Counted from the stretch's first letter, positions 1-9,883 are shown. The stretch is 64,000 bases of DNA from Bythopirellula sp. (GCA_965216565.1 OZ244170.1:1888001-1952000); one strand, 5' to 3'. Numbers and translations: made by a program. The notes: a model not told the origin generated them from the sequence alone.

Positions 1-543
1 GTCGACCATTTGTGAATCGAGCGGTGTGCCATCGCCGGCTGTTGTGGCATAGAGTGAATCTGCGGCCAGAAGGGCATCGATTTCACTGACATAGCCTGGA
101 CTCTTTAATATCTCCCTGACTGCGCCATAACCAGCACTGAACGACGACACGCCAATTTGATCCCACTGCAGTCCGCTGGAGAAGTCGGGCTCTGAGCGTA
201 CGAGTGTCAACGCTTCGCTCATAAGCGACTGAAACAGACGAGAATTAGAAAAAGGGGTCGAGTAAGCGCTCGATAACCCGCCATAATTCACGGTCACGAT
301 AATCGCGTTCAGGTTGGCATACAGCGAATTATTCCAGACCGTCTGTGGATCACCGTGGAAATGAAACAGAACGTCTGCCACATCGCCTGGTCTCTCCTGA
401 AAGGTACTGGGGATGAATACCTTCCAGGCAGGGTTACTCAGCGGAAGTTCCCGCCCAGTGGCTGTAGGTAACTGCGCGGACCCGCACTGGGCCATCAGCA
501 GCCATACCAAGAGTACCGTCAGACAACGATTCAACGTACGCAT
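1..543 (-). CDS. Secreted alpha/beta-hydrolase-like protein (partial, runs off the window; not in ORF track)
   Basis: Manual translation from ATG at 543 gives MRTLNRCLTVLLVWLLMAQCGSAQ (signal peptide), VLFHFHG and a VSSFSAGYGAV nucleophile-elbow-like motif; frame open to base 1. Confidence 0.7.
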   Translation of the reverse strand, partial: MRTLNRCLTVLLVWLLMAQCGSAQLPTATGRELPLSNPAWKVFIPSTFQERPGDVADVLFHFHGDPQTVWNNSLYANLNAIIVTVNYGGLSSAYSTPFSNSRLFQSLMSEALTLVRSEPDFSSGLQWDQIGVSSFSAGYGAVREILKSPGYVSEIDALLAADSLYATTAGDGTPLDSQMVD

Positions 544-982
544 AGAAACGGTAGACCTTTTGCTGAGGGCCCTAAGCTAAGAATCACTTCTATAGAGCCG
601 CGAGTCCCATAACCATTTGCCAATCGCATGGCCCAGCTCGGTGTGAACTTTATTGTAGCCAGCACAATCGTTCCTGCGACTAGTTGGCAGCCCTTTCATG
701 ATAATATCCCTCGCAGGAAGGCGGAATGTGGGGGGGACTCCGATCCTCCCCTTGGAGAGTCCGGGAGTTACGCTCTACCCGCCGAAATCTACGACGCTAC
801 GACACCCGTGGGTGATGAAAGAAATGAAGTACCTAACAGTGGTTCTGACGCACTCCACCAGGAACGGATGTTGAGCATACTAGCGAACTGCAGTGAGTGA
901 TCTAAATTACCACTTGCTTGTGGGCTGATCCTTTAATTGATCTTGTCCCCCAAGAGAATTGCAACCAGCTGATATCGGATGG

Positions 983-1753
983 TCAATCCGTGATGAGTTT
1001 CGTAGGACCTCCCTTAAGCGGTGGGCCAAGATCGATCTTCAGAGGGTCATGATCGAGCACTTGAGACACCCAGCCGCTGAAGATTTTTGGCTCCCCCTCA
1101 AAATACCTCGCGAAGTCGCGGCCTGGGCAGGAGGTCTGCCCTTTGGCAACGTCTTGGTGAGTGCTGATAGCTTTCAGAGGTAGATCATGCTCTGACAAAA
1201 TCCAAGCAACCAGTCTAACAGCTGATTCGACTTGCTCTGGGCTGGGACGCTGCTTCTCGAAATTGCCCATGAGTTCGACACCAATATGCCCTGCTAGGTC
1301 ATACTTGGTATTGGACTCTGGTTCGTATTCCATTGGCCTGCCTTCGAAAACTCTCCCATCAGGAGCAATCAGAAAATGATAGGGCAGGTCAGGCCAATAA
1401 GTATTTCGCGGTGGCTCCTCTATCTCAGGGCGCCGCTTCCCCCATGTCTGCATGTTGCGGATAAATTCAACTGGATCACGGTCATTAGTCCACATTACCG
1501 CCGCATGGTGAAGAGTAACGTATTTGGGCGTGTGCCTGCGATCTTTGGGAATAGGATCCGGCCGCGAGCCCCATTGCTTGGCAGAAATGAATTTTGGTGG
1601 CCGGGGTACCTTCTCTTTTTTTGTTGGCTCAGACCCAATTCCAGTTCTGAGGGGCAATAAGCTAGTAACAATTGATAGTACGATTAAATACTTAAGCACC
1701 GTGGTGACCTGACTGGTCAATTCAAATCGGATTCGGTGGATAGATACAATCAT
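983..1753 (-). CDS. N-acetylmuramoyl-L-alanine amidase (Amidase_2/PGRP-like), exported
   Basis: TLHH, YHFLI..DGRVFEGR, GVELMGNF and H..TSCPG zinc-amidase motifs; hydrophobic N-terminus; true start may be a few codons downstream. Confidence 0.85.
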   Translation of the reverse strand: MIVSIHRIRFELTSQVTTVLKYLIVLSIVTSLLPLRTGIGSEPTKKEKVPRPPKFISAKQWGSRPDPIPKDRRHTPKYVTLHHAAVMWTNDRDPVEFIRNMQTWGKRRPEIEEPPRNTYWPDLPYHFLIAPDGRVFEGRPMEYEPESNTKYDLAGHIGVELMGNFEKQRPSPEQVESAVRLVAWILSEHDLPLKAISTHQDVAKGQTSCPGRDFARYFEGEPKIFSGWVSQVLDHDPLKIDLGPPLKGGPTKLITD

Positions 1754-1874
1754 AGAGCAGATTATAGCAAGGTTATGTGAAAGGCCGAGTGGGCGTAACT
1801 ACAGACCATTGTCACTGAATTGATAACGCCCGCCAAATGCCCTAGTCACGGGAGAACCCAAAAACAACTTTAGG

Positions 1875-1953
1875 TGAGCCGATGGCGCTAGCCGCGGGTA
1901 GCGTAAGTCTACGTGTTGTTCTGATGCTACCTGACGCTAGCGCGTTCGGCTCA
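1875..1953. repeat. REP-like imperfect palindrome
   Basis: tgagccgatggcgctagc...gctagcgcgttcggctca inverted arms, intergenic. Confidence 0.65.
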
Positions 1954-2294
1954 TTGGCTTTGAAACAGCCTCAAGGAGAACTTGGGCCAGCACCCTGCGG
2001 TCTTTTATGGTCTTGGGCTAGTTTGAACAACGAATAGATAACACCTCCCACAGCTACAGGCATATTGCAGATCAAGGATTATCAGGTATCGTAGCAATTT
2101 GACCCTTAGGGCTTTCGGCCAGAATGCACAGCGCTCCGCTGGAGTCACTTACTCTAACGAAGTCTAATAGGACGTATACTATTTCCTAGTCGAGGGATGC
2201 GCGCAGCGATACGCCCCATCGATTAGGCTAAACGTCACCGGGAGAATCTTTCTACGCATTCTGCGTTAGCCTTGTACTGGGAGCCTCGTCCGCC

Positions 2295-2564
2295 GTGCCT
2301 GAAATTTCTTTCACCACTCACCTACAGCGCCATCTGGAATGTGGCATTTTGGAAGCTAAAGGCGAGACGGTAAGAGAAGCCTTGGAGAGTGTTTTCCAAT
2401 TACACCCCGACATGCGCAGCTATCTGCTCGACGATCAGGGGGCGGTCCGTCAGCATGTGATGATTTTTCACGATAACAAACCTATTGCCGATCGTCAGGC
2501 GCTAAGCGATCCAGTTCAATCACACAGCAAGCTGTACATCATGCAAGCTCTTTCCGGCGGCTAG
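2295..2564 (+). CDS. MoaD/ThiS-family ubiquitin-like (beta-grasp) protein
   Basis: 89 aa, GETVREAL..V..LHP motif, C-terminal ALSGG. Confidence 0.9.
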   Translation: MPEISFTTHLQRHLECGILEAKGETVREALESVFQLHPDMRSYLLDDQGAVRQHVMIFHDNKPIADRQALSDPVQSHSKLYIMQALSGG

Positions 2565-2591
2565 CCCACTGACTTTTTGGAGATCACGATT

Positions 2592-3710
2592 ATGTCTGAT
2601 CGGTTTTATGTTGGTTCGCGAAAAGGGCTACTTGAATATCAAAAGCAGGATGGGCAGTGGCAGAATACAAAAGTTCATTTCCTGGGCGACCCGGTTTCGA
2701 TACTGTTGCCAGCGGACGACGGCACTTTGTATGCCGGGCTAGACCTTGGCCACTTTGGTGCAAAACTCCGTCGACTTCGACCAGGAGCCACCGAATGGGA
2801 GGAATGCGCGGCGCCAACCTTTCCCGAAGGCGCGACGGTCAGCGACGGCCCGCCCCTCGATGAGAACACGCCACCAAATACGAAACCCGCCAGCCTGGAT
2901 GAGATTTGGGCGTTGGAGACGGGTGGTGCGGATAAGCCCGGCGTATTGTGGGCCGGAACGATACCCGGCGGGCTGTTTCGCTCCGACGACCAGGGGGACT
3001 CTTGGCAGTTGAACGAGTCTCTATGGAATCGCGACGAGCGCTGCCGTTGGTTTGGTGGCGGCAAAGACTCACCAGGGATTCATTCCATCTGCGTCGATCC
3101 ACGCGACACCAACGACATCGTTCTCGGCATTTCCTGTGGTGGAGTTTGGAAGTCAGACGATGCGGGACAAACATGGCGCAACGACTCGCAAGGCATTCGC
3201 GCCAACTACATGCCGCCAGACTTGGCTTACGACCCCGTCAATCAAGACCCCCATCGCTTAGTGCAATGCCCGACTGATCCCGATACGATGTGGATCCAAC
3301 ATCACAACGGTGTTTTTCTGTCGCGCGACCGTGGCGCAAACTGGCAAGAACTGGAGACGCCTAAGCCCTCAGTTTTTGGCTTCGCTGTGGTCGTTCATCC
3401 CCACGATGCCAACACCGCCTGGATCGTGCCAGCCATCAAAGACGAAGTGCGTGTGCCGGTTGATAATCGGTTTGTCGTCTCACGAACTCGTGACGGCGGC
3501 GAATCGTTTGAAGTGCTCGACTACGGGCTTCCTCAGGGGGACGCCTTCGACATTGTGTTTCGCCACGCGCTAGATATCGACAACAGTGGCAACCGACTTG
3601 TAATGGGCTCTTCCACTGGTGGACTTTGGTTGACTGAAGACGGAGGTGACTCCTGGGGCTCGCTGTCACAAAACCTGGCACCGATCTATTGCGTGCGGTT
3701 TGCTCCTTAG
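2592..3710 (+). CDS. BNR/Asp-box beta-propeller protein (sialidase-like fold)
   Basis: Repeated Asp-boxes SDDQGDSW, SDDAGQTW, SRDRGANW, TRDGGESF, TEDGGDSW; no signal peptide; ATG at 2592 preferred over TTG at 2577. Confidence 0.85.
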   Translation: MSDRFYVGSRKGLLEYQKQDGQWQNTKVHFLGDPVSILLPADDGTLYAGLDLGHFGAKLRRLRPGATEWEECAAPTFPEGATVSDGPPLDENTPPNTKPASLDEIWALETGGADKPGVLWAGTIPGGLFRSDDQGDSWQLNESLWNRDERCRWFGGGKDSPGIHSICVDPRDTNDIVLGISCGGVWKSDDAGQTWRNDSQGIRANYMPPDLAYDPVNQDPHRLVQCPTDPDTMWIQHHNGVFLSRDRGANWQELETPKPSVFGFAVVVHPHDANTAWIVPAIKDEVRVPVDNRFVVSRTRDGGESFEVLDYGLPQGDAFDIVFRHALDIDNSGNRLVMGSSTGGLWLTEDGGDSWGSLSQNLAPIYCVRFAP

Positions 3711-3829
3711 TCCGCTTCACATTCGCTCTATTCACGGTCGAATACGGAGTTTCTTGATCGCAAAGATTGAACTCGATATCCTACTTATTAGCTTGGAATT
3801 CACTTTCTGCACGCTAACGGAGTTGACTC

Positions 3830-5281
3830 ATGAACTCGAATCGCCTTTCAGTTTCCATCCTAAGTCTAGCTCTGGTCTTCGTCGTCTCCTCTGTCTCTCC
3901 GGGTCAAATTCTATCGGACGGCGAGTTTCAAGCCGTCAATTTTACGAGCAGTACTCCCACAGTTTCTTCCGGTACTCCCATCACGGCCCTGTCAGATATT
4001 CGATTTAACATTGACTACAGCAATATCGATGTCTTCGGCAATGGATTCACTGTCGTTAACTTACCTGAGGCACCAAACTCGGATCCCAACGATACAAGCA
4101 CGACCGGAGTTTTTCTCTCTGCCAATAACGATTCGAACACTCCGTTTGGCACAGCCTCTTTCGCGTCCATTTCGCCTCTTGGCTTGCTGGTAGGCGAGGG
4201 TACCGCGACGCCAAATTACCGGATGTCCGTCGATATTTTCCACAGCACGGGCACCGGCTTGCTTGATCCCAATGGCCAGCTGATCAGTCAATCGGGAACA
4301 ACCAACTATAGTCTGCTGGGACTCAACCAAACGAACCCCATCGTCCAAGTAGAGGATTTGAATGCACCCGGTGGTGGAGAGAATCTCGCCGGGCAAGGAT
4401 TGGGCCTGGCAATTACTGCCGATGGAGGTGCGGCTGAAGACTACATGCCAGTCTACGGCGGTGCTTTGTACAGGGACCGCGGCGGGAATTCCGACCTGGG
4501 GGAGGCTTATCGAGGAGTCCCTGACCCGAACACCGGTAGCGTTGTTGCTTACGGAAATGTAGGCCTTGCGGGAACTTTGATAAACAGGTTGTGGCTCGAC
4601 CAAGGTTTGGGGTTTGAAATCGACGATCCTACAATTAGCCCCCCGGACCCCAACAATCCTTTGCGATTAAATCGATTTACAGGAAACTCCCAGTTCTTCT
4701 CGCCGGATCCTAATAATTTGGCAGGCTACGACTTGGATGACCCAAATATCGTTGCCATCTCCCCCTACGCTGACACGCTGATCGAGGCGACGGGTGTGCC
4801 GACTCATTTGAGTGGAGATTTTCAAACCTTGGAAGGAACACTCCGCCCGAACGAAGACGGTGTAAGAGAAGGCGTCGTTTCCAATCGCTGGGCCACCCAC
4901 AATTTGTACTGGATCGACGGGCAGTTTACGTATGTCATTGACGGCGTTCCCGTACTTCAGTTCACTCCCGACAACGACGGATTGAACGGCGACGACAATG
5001 TTTACGACGATTTCAGCGACTCAGGATCTGTGGTACTCGGCTTTTTCGACCGTTTCAGTTCCATCGCAATTAGTCCAGAAGGCGCCAATTTTGTGGTGTA
5101 CGACAATTTAGTAGTCGAAGCCGCGGCGTCCGGCGACGCCCCCAATCTACTAGGCTTCTATAAGAATCAGGGGTTTCTGCCAGATTCAGCCATCGTCCCG
5201 GAGCCTGCAGCCGCTAGCCTTCTAATTCTCGGGGGTGGGTGGGTCGTGCTCGGCGGTCGAAGGCTTCGCTCTCTGAAGTAG
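3830..5281 (+). CDS. PEP-CTERM exported protein, unknown function
   Basis: Signal peptide; C-terminal VPEP + hydrophobic helix + GRRLR. Confidence 0.85.
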   Translation: MNSNRLSVSILSLALVFVVSSVSPGQILSDGEFQAVNFTSSTPTVSSGTPITALSDIRFNIDYSNIDVFGNGFTVVNLPEAPNSDPNDTSTTGVFLSANNDSNTPFGTASFASISPLGLLVGEGTATPNYRMSVDIFHSTGTGLLDPNGQLISQSGTTNYSLLGLNQTNPIVQVEDLNAPGGGENLAGQGLGLAITADGGAAEDYMPVYGGALYRDRGGNSDLGEAYRGVPDPNTGSVVAYGNVGLAGTLINRLWLDQGLGFEIDDPTISPPDPNNPLRLNRFTGNSQFFSPDPNNLAGYDLDDPNIVAISPYADTLIEATGVPTHLSGDFQTLEGTLRPNEDGVREGVVSNRWATHNLYWIDGQFTYVIDGVPVLQFTPDNDGLNGDDNVYDDFSDSGSVVLGFFDRFSSIAISPEGANFVVYDNLVVEAAASGDAPNLLGFYKNQGFLPDSAIVPEPAAASLLILGGGWVVLGGRRLRSLK

Positions 5282-5665
5282 CAACTGCCAAGCCTTCATC
5301 ACCGATTCTATCGGTTGTAACAATTCTATTGCGCCCTCGCCTGGAAGACTTGCCACGGGCGAGACATCAATCTTCGTACGTCCTCCGTTCTCGACCTATC
5401 GTTGAGATGAGAGTCTACGCGCTCAGTGCGACCCCCGCGTCAAGAATTGAAGGACATCCCCAATGAATAACAGTCTGTTTTCAAACCTCGGAACCTGGTT
5501 TCAAAGTATGCTCGCCGAAACTTGGAATTGGTTCAATAGCCTGCACTATCAGGAGTGGTTCCTGCTGTTAGGGATCATTGCTGCACTGGGATTCCTGTGT
5601 ATGCGCGGCTATGGCTCCAGAGGTCGTATCTAATCTTGCTTCAAGACCCACAGCCAGAGTAACGA

Positions 5666-6646
5666 ATGACTATGGACCTTTTCAGCACATCTTTTCCATT
5701 CCCAGGATACTTGACCGACACCATGGCACTGGCGGCCGTGGCCTTGTTGGGTTATCTCTTTGGCCATCGTACGCGGAAGCCTGCCGAGGCTATCGGAGAA
5801 AACAAAGTAACCGAGCAACTAAATCGCGCCGTGCGGATTGCGATCGACTTGCAAGATGTCACTGAAAAGATTCGCAAAGAACTTGCAAAGCATCAGTCCG
5901 ATGTTTCGCGATTTCACTCGCGTGTAGAGGCAGCCACGCAACTAGATGCGGATAAGGCTTGGAACTCACTCACGGGCGAAGCCGAGTCGTTGCTCGGTCC
6001 CACGCTCAATCTCTCCACGCACTTATCCGCGGCCTATGACCAACTACGACAGCACTCTGCCGAGCTAATGAACTTTGCCGGCTCGCGCACAGATGCCGAG
6101 ACGGGCGTTGGCAATCGCCGGGCTCTTGACGAACACTTGGCTACACAATTCATTTCCTTCGAGTTGAGCAAGCATCGCTTCTCGCTGGCTATGTTCAGTA
6201 TTTCGCCAGAGTCTGACAATCCTATGGATGAAGCCCAGCTTTCCGAACTACGGGTTCAGTTTGCCAAGTTGGTTGACCATACTGCTCGCGATACCGACTT
6301 TGTTGCTCGTTACAGCGACGACGAATTCGCCGTTTTGATGTCCCACACGACGCTCGCCGGTGCCACCGTTTTTAGCGAACGCCTCATGCGATTGGTCGAA
6401 GTGAATCTAAACTGCGTGATTAGCGGTGGCTTGGCTGAAATCCTAAAAGACGACGACAGCGAGAAGCTGTTCAGCCGCGTCGATTCGGCCCTCTACAGTG
6501 CGCGGAGCAACGGGCGAAATTGCCTATTCATGCACAACGGCAGAACACTCCGGCAGTTGAATTCTGGTGGGGACATTCATCCAGTGCAGTCCCTGCCGGA
6601 ATGGACGGAAGCAACTGAAGAGCCTAAGGAAACTGTTAAATCCTGA
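5666..6646 (+). CDS. Membrane-anchored GGDEF-domain protein with degenerate active site
   Basis: N-terminal TM, coiled coil, RTDAETGVGNRR, ARDTDFVARYSDDEF, DSALYSAR..GRN. Confidence 0.85.
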   Translation: MTMDLFSTSFPFPGYLTDTMALAAVALLGYLFGHRTRKPAEAIGENKVTEQLNRAVRIAIDLQDVTEKIRKELAKHQSDVSRFHSRVEAATQLDADKAWNSLTGEAESLLGPTLNLSTHLSAAYDQLRQHSAELMNFAGSRTDAETGVGNRRALDEHLATQFISFELSKHRFSLAMFSISPESDNPMDEAQLSELRVQFAKLVDHTARDTDFVARYSDDEFAVLMSHTTLAGATVFSERLMRLVEVNLNCVISGGLAEILKDDDSEKLFSRVDSALYSARSNGRNCLFMHNGRTLRQLNSGGDIHPVQSLPEWTEATEEPKETVKS

Positions 6647-6789
6647 GGCCAGAGGTGGCGGGATTCTTCTGCCCGCAGGTCCATCGCACGAGCTTCTGAA
6701 TCTGGGCTCTTAGGTGGGGACCAGCTATCTAATTCGACGAAGATCCCCTCGGGTCAAACGAGCTTTTTGGTCGAAAAAACTAGTCCAAG

Positions 6790-6819
6790 TTGACTCTTAA
6801 GGCCCCAATCACTTACGAT
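6790..6819 (+). promoter_or_regulatory. sigma70-like promoter
   Basis: TTGACT-N18-TACGAT upstream of the 7008 ORF, which has SD TAAGGAG. Confidence 0.5.
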
Positions 6820-7007
6820 GGGGTTGTTAGGAAAAAGGCCTATTCAACCAGTTTGAAGGGCCCTATCCCGCCACGTTTAAAGCGACGTTTGCGAGAGCCC
6901 GTTGTTTCCGTCTGATAACGGCAGAAGGGGGTGGCATTGCGTATGAGATTCAAACGCGATTAGCCTCAGACTTCGCAGATTCGCTTCCAGTTAATAAGGA
7001 GATCGCC

Positions 7008-7331
7008 ATGCCGCTATTCGAAATTGAAACAGACAGTCACATCATCATCACCTGGGCAAGCGATAGTGATGGTGCAACGGCCGTCGTCACCGATGCCTAT
7101 CCCACCGATTCGGTCATTCGCCTCACCAAGCGACCGCGAGATACGTGGGTCATTTCGAAAACAGCCTTGGGTCTTACAGGCCAACTCGATCCTTGTAACA
7201 CAGCTCGGGATTGCCTCTCGAAGGCAGAGGGCGACAAAGTACACGCCATTCGTCTCTACATGCACGAAACGGGCGTCGATTTGGAGCAAGCCAGGAAGGC
7301 CATCGAATCGAATATGGTCATGGGTTGGTAG
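7008..7331 (+). CDS. Small conserved-looking protein with ribosomal L7/L12 C-terminal-like motif
   Basis: Strong SD; C-terminal KVHAIRLYMHETGVDLEQARKAIE resembles the L7/L12 CTD pattern KI.AIK..R..TG.GL.EAK..VE. Confidence 0.75.
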   Translation: MPLFEIETDSHIIITWASDSDGATAVVTDAYPTDSVIRLTKRPRDTWVISKTALGLTGQLDPCNTARDCLSKAEGDKVHAIRLYMHETGVDLEQARKAIESNMVMGW

Positions 7332-7412
7332 GTTAGCCAACCTAGACCTTTACCAACACTGCGCTCGCACATAGCGGAGCTTGCGAGCCGTGGCGTTTAC
7401 GCCGACGGTTCT

Positions 7413-8492
7413 CTACCAATAACGTTGGCCTGGCTGCGTGCTGCCGGGCGTGGCCACATTGGGCACTGAGTTCTCTTTGGATGAGCTTGCAGAATCCTCA
7501 GGCCGACTGGCAATCTCGAACGCCGGCTGAGATGGCATGGAATTCGGATAACTGCTCGTGCCGCCTGGCCGATAGGTACCACCCGTGGCTGCCGTCTGAG
7601 TTACCGGCGACTGAGCGTTTGCCATTCCCGGTACTGCAGATGGCGCGTTGCTCGCGGCTGGAATGCCGGGAGCAGTATTCTGAACGTATCGGCTGCCTAA
7701 ACCTCCAGATGTAGTTTGCGTAGGAGTAGCACTCGGTGTAGTCGGAGATGCCGGGATGGTTCCAATTGCGAAACTATCCGAACTTGCAGAAGCACTCTTA
7801 GCGAGATCGCTTGTCTTGGGTGGCACCGTAGTGGCAGCCGTCGCATTTCCGTATCGATTGCCGAGGCTCGTGTTCCCGGCAGTCGTACTCATCGGCGAAC
7901 TAGCTGTAGCTGGTGGAGCTGTTGCCATGCTACTTGGGGCAGGAGCGGCCACACTGGTTGTGGCTGGGTATGTGGGAGCTGCGTTTGACGTCGCAGGGGC
8001 CGAACCTAAACCGGCGACGGACCCGTAGCGATCTGAACTAGGCTTCGGCGCGGCGACAGACGCTACGCTTTGTGCTGGAGGTGGCACCGAATTGGGATTG
8101 TAAGGCATTGCCGTCGGACTCGAACTCAAACTCGAAGAGCTGGCGGTTGGAGTAGTAGGAGCGGCAGGGGCTGCTGCAACCTGTGCTGGACTGGCAGCCG
8201 GCTTAAACGGCGGAGCCGAAGTCGTGGGATAAACGGAAGGACTCACACCAGGAGCACCTGTAGAAACATAGGGTGCTGCAGCGGTCGCGGGAGTCTTAGT
8301 GATCACCGGGCTCTCCGTTTGCAGAGCCACTTCAGAGGGCAGGGCGGGTGCCGAGTGCGCTACGGCGGTTGAGTCTGCGGACTCATTCTTACTGGCAGTT
8401 TTCCACCAGGTAAGCGAAGGCATCGACTTACATCCGACTGCGCTAATCGCGACTAAGACGGCCAGAGTAACGCTAATTTTCATTCCACGCAT
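7413..8492 (-). CDS. Low-complexity Ala/Ser/Pro/Thr-rich lipoprotein
   Basis: MKISVTLAVLVAISAVGC lipobox-like signal; disordered composition; YRPGGTSSY motif. Confidence 0.75.
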   Translation of the reverse strand: MRGMKISVTLAVLVAISAVGCKSMPSLTWWKTASKNESADSTAVAHSAPALPSEVALQTESPVITKTPATAAAPYVSTGAPGVSPSVYPTTSAPPFKPAASPAQVAAAPAAPTTPTASSSSLSSSPTAMPYNPNSVPPPAQSVASVAAPKPSSDRYGSVAGLGSAPATSNAAPTYPATTSVAAPAPSSMATAPPATASSPMSTTAGNTSLGNRYGNATAATTVPPKTSDLAKSASASSDSFAIGTIPASPTTPSATPTQTTSGGLGSRYVQNTAPGIPAASNAPSAVPGMANAQSPVTQTAATGGTYRPGGTSSYPNSMPSQPAFEIASRPEDSASSSKENSVPNVATPGSTQPGQRYW

Positions 8493-8836
8493 GGCTTCCG
8501 TGCCCTTGAGGATTTAGACCCAACTGTTTGGTCGAAGTGCTCTGCATCCTGCAGAGTCTCCTGAAAAGTCATTATCGCATCGAGTCGATGCGGAGAGGCT
8601 TCGCAAACCGCAAAAGCCCTACCTTCGTTGTATTTTGTCGGCAGCACGAGGGCAGCGAGAACACAAAAATTGTGCCAATATCTTCCCCTAGGCCCCAACA
8701 AAACGCAGCGGGATTATACTAGCACCCCTTGCGCGGTCAACATCACTGCGGCGGGGTGCTAGCGTTCGATCTGCAAGATGCCGTGACGATGCCAGCAGGT
8801 GTAGCATGATGGCGGCTAGCGCTATTGGTGGCCAAA

Positions 8837-8910
8837 TAGCCGGATCGCCACTGTTTACCCGTCGTGGTGGGCGAGCCAAGGCAGGCCGGAGGCAAGTGTG
8901 CCTCCGGCTA
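8837..8910. repeat. REP-like palindrome, family B copy 1
   Basis: tagccgga..cgcca...cgtggtgggc...ccggaggcaagtgtgcctccggcta, shared with 48062..48134. Confidence 0.8.
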
Positions 8911-8945
8911 TCCAGGGAATAATTGCCGCCATGCGTTGCAAAGGT

Positions 8946-9557
8946 TTAAGACTTTGCTTGGCTGTATCGCTCGGCTACCGCACTCCAATCAATCACATTG
9001 AAGAAGGCAGAGACATAGTCGGGTCGGCGATTCTGGTAATTCAAATAGTAGGCATGTTCCCAGACGTCCAATCCCAAGATCGGAGTGCTACCAGACATGT
9101 AGGGATTGTCTTGGTTCGGGGTGCTATCAACGACTAGCTTGCCAGAGGAATCGACACTCAACCAGGCCCAGCCGCTACCAAAGCGGGTGGCTGCTGCATT
9201 GCTGAAGGCTTCTTTGAAGGTGTCGAAGCCGCCCAACTCGTTGTCGATGGCAGTTGCCAGATCGCCACTTGGATTCCCTCCACCGTTGGGGCTCATCACG
9301 GTCCAAAACAGCGAATGGTTGGCATGCCCGCCACCGTTGTTTCGCACAGCGGTGCGAATTTTCTCAGGCACGGAGTCAATGTTTCGGCAGAGGTCTTCAA
9401 TGGATTGCTCAGCAACACCCGCTCCCTCAAGAGCGTCATTCACCTTGGTCACGTAGGCATTGTGGTGCTTATCGTGATGAATCTCCATTGTCTTGGCATC
9501 GATGTGGGGCTCCAAGGCATCCTTGGCGTACGGCAAATCGGGGAGTGAATAGGCCAT
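8946..9557 (-). CDS. sodA: Superoxide dismutase [Mn/Fe]
   Basis: [31 protein letters not shown]. Confidence 0.97.
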   Translation of the reverse strand: MAYSLPDLPYAKDALEPHIDAKTMEIHHDKHHNAYVTKVNDALEGAGVAEQSIEDLCRNIDSVPEKIRTAVRNNGGGHANHSLFWTVMSPNGGGNPSGDLATAIDNELGGFDTFKEAFSNAAATRFGSGWAWLSVDSSGKLVVDSTPNQDNPYMSGSTPILGLDVWEHAYYLNYQNRRPDYVSAFFNVIDWSAVAERYSQAKS

Positions 9558-9662
9558 CGTCCTGTTCTCCTTAATTGGTCTATGGGGTACGTGATTGGCT
9601 GCTCAGCAATCGATACGAAGGCCAGTCCGTGAAGACGAATCGGCATCTGCATCATTCGGGAG

Positions 9663-9754
9663 TCGAGGAAAAATAACTTCTCCTCGGTCCCTCGCCCCTC
9701 TGGGGAGAGGGTAGGGTGAGGGGATAATCAAATAGGAAAGTTATTTTTCCTCGA
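9663..9754. repeat. MITE/REP-like element, family A copy 1
   Basis: 17-bp inverted ends tcgaggaaaaataactt / aagttatttttcctcga around ccctcgcccctctggggagagggtagggtgagggg; second copy at 30272. Confidence 0.8.
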
Positions 9755-9883
9755 TTCCCCGGCAGCCTCATCCGCGGGCTGTCACAGCAGCAGTTCAAGA
9801 TATCCCAAGAGAGGCTCAGTGGCAATTGGCCCTGAACGTTTCGGAGACGGGTAGCGACAAAATGTCGGGAGAATTTTGCTTGG

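Noticed and set aside
628..900. 90-aa plus-strand ORF
   Set aside because: No motifs or SD; lies between two minus-strand genes, likely spurious
7481..8372. Multiple plus-strand ORFs overlapping the lipoprotein, and similar shadow ORFs throughout
   Set aside because: Antisense or alternate-frame shadows of well-supported genes in GC-rich DNA
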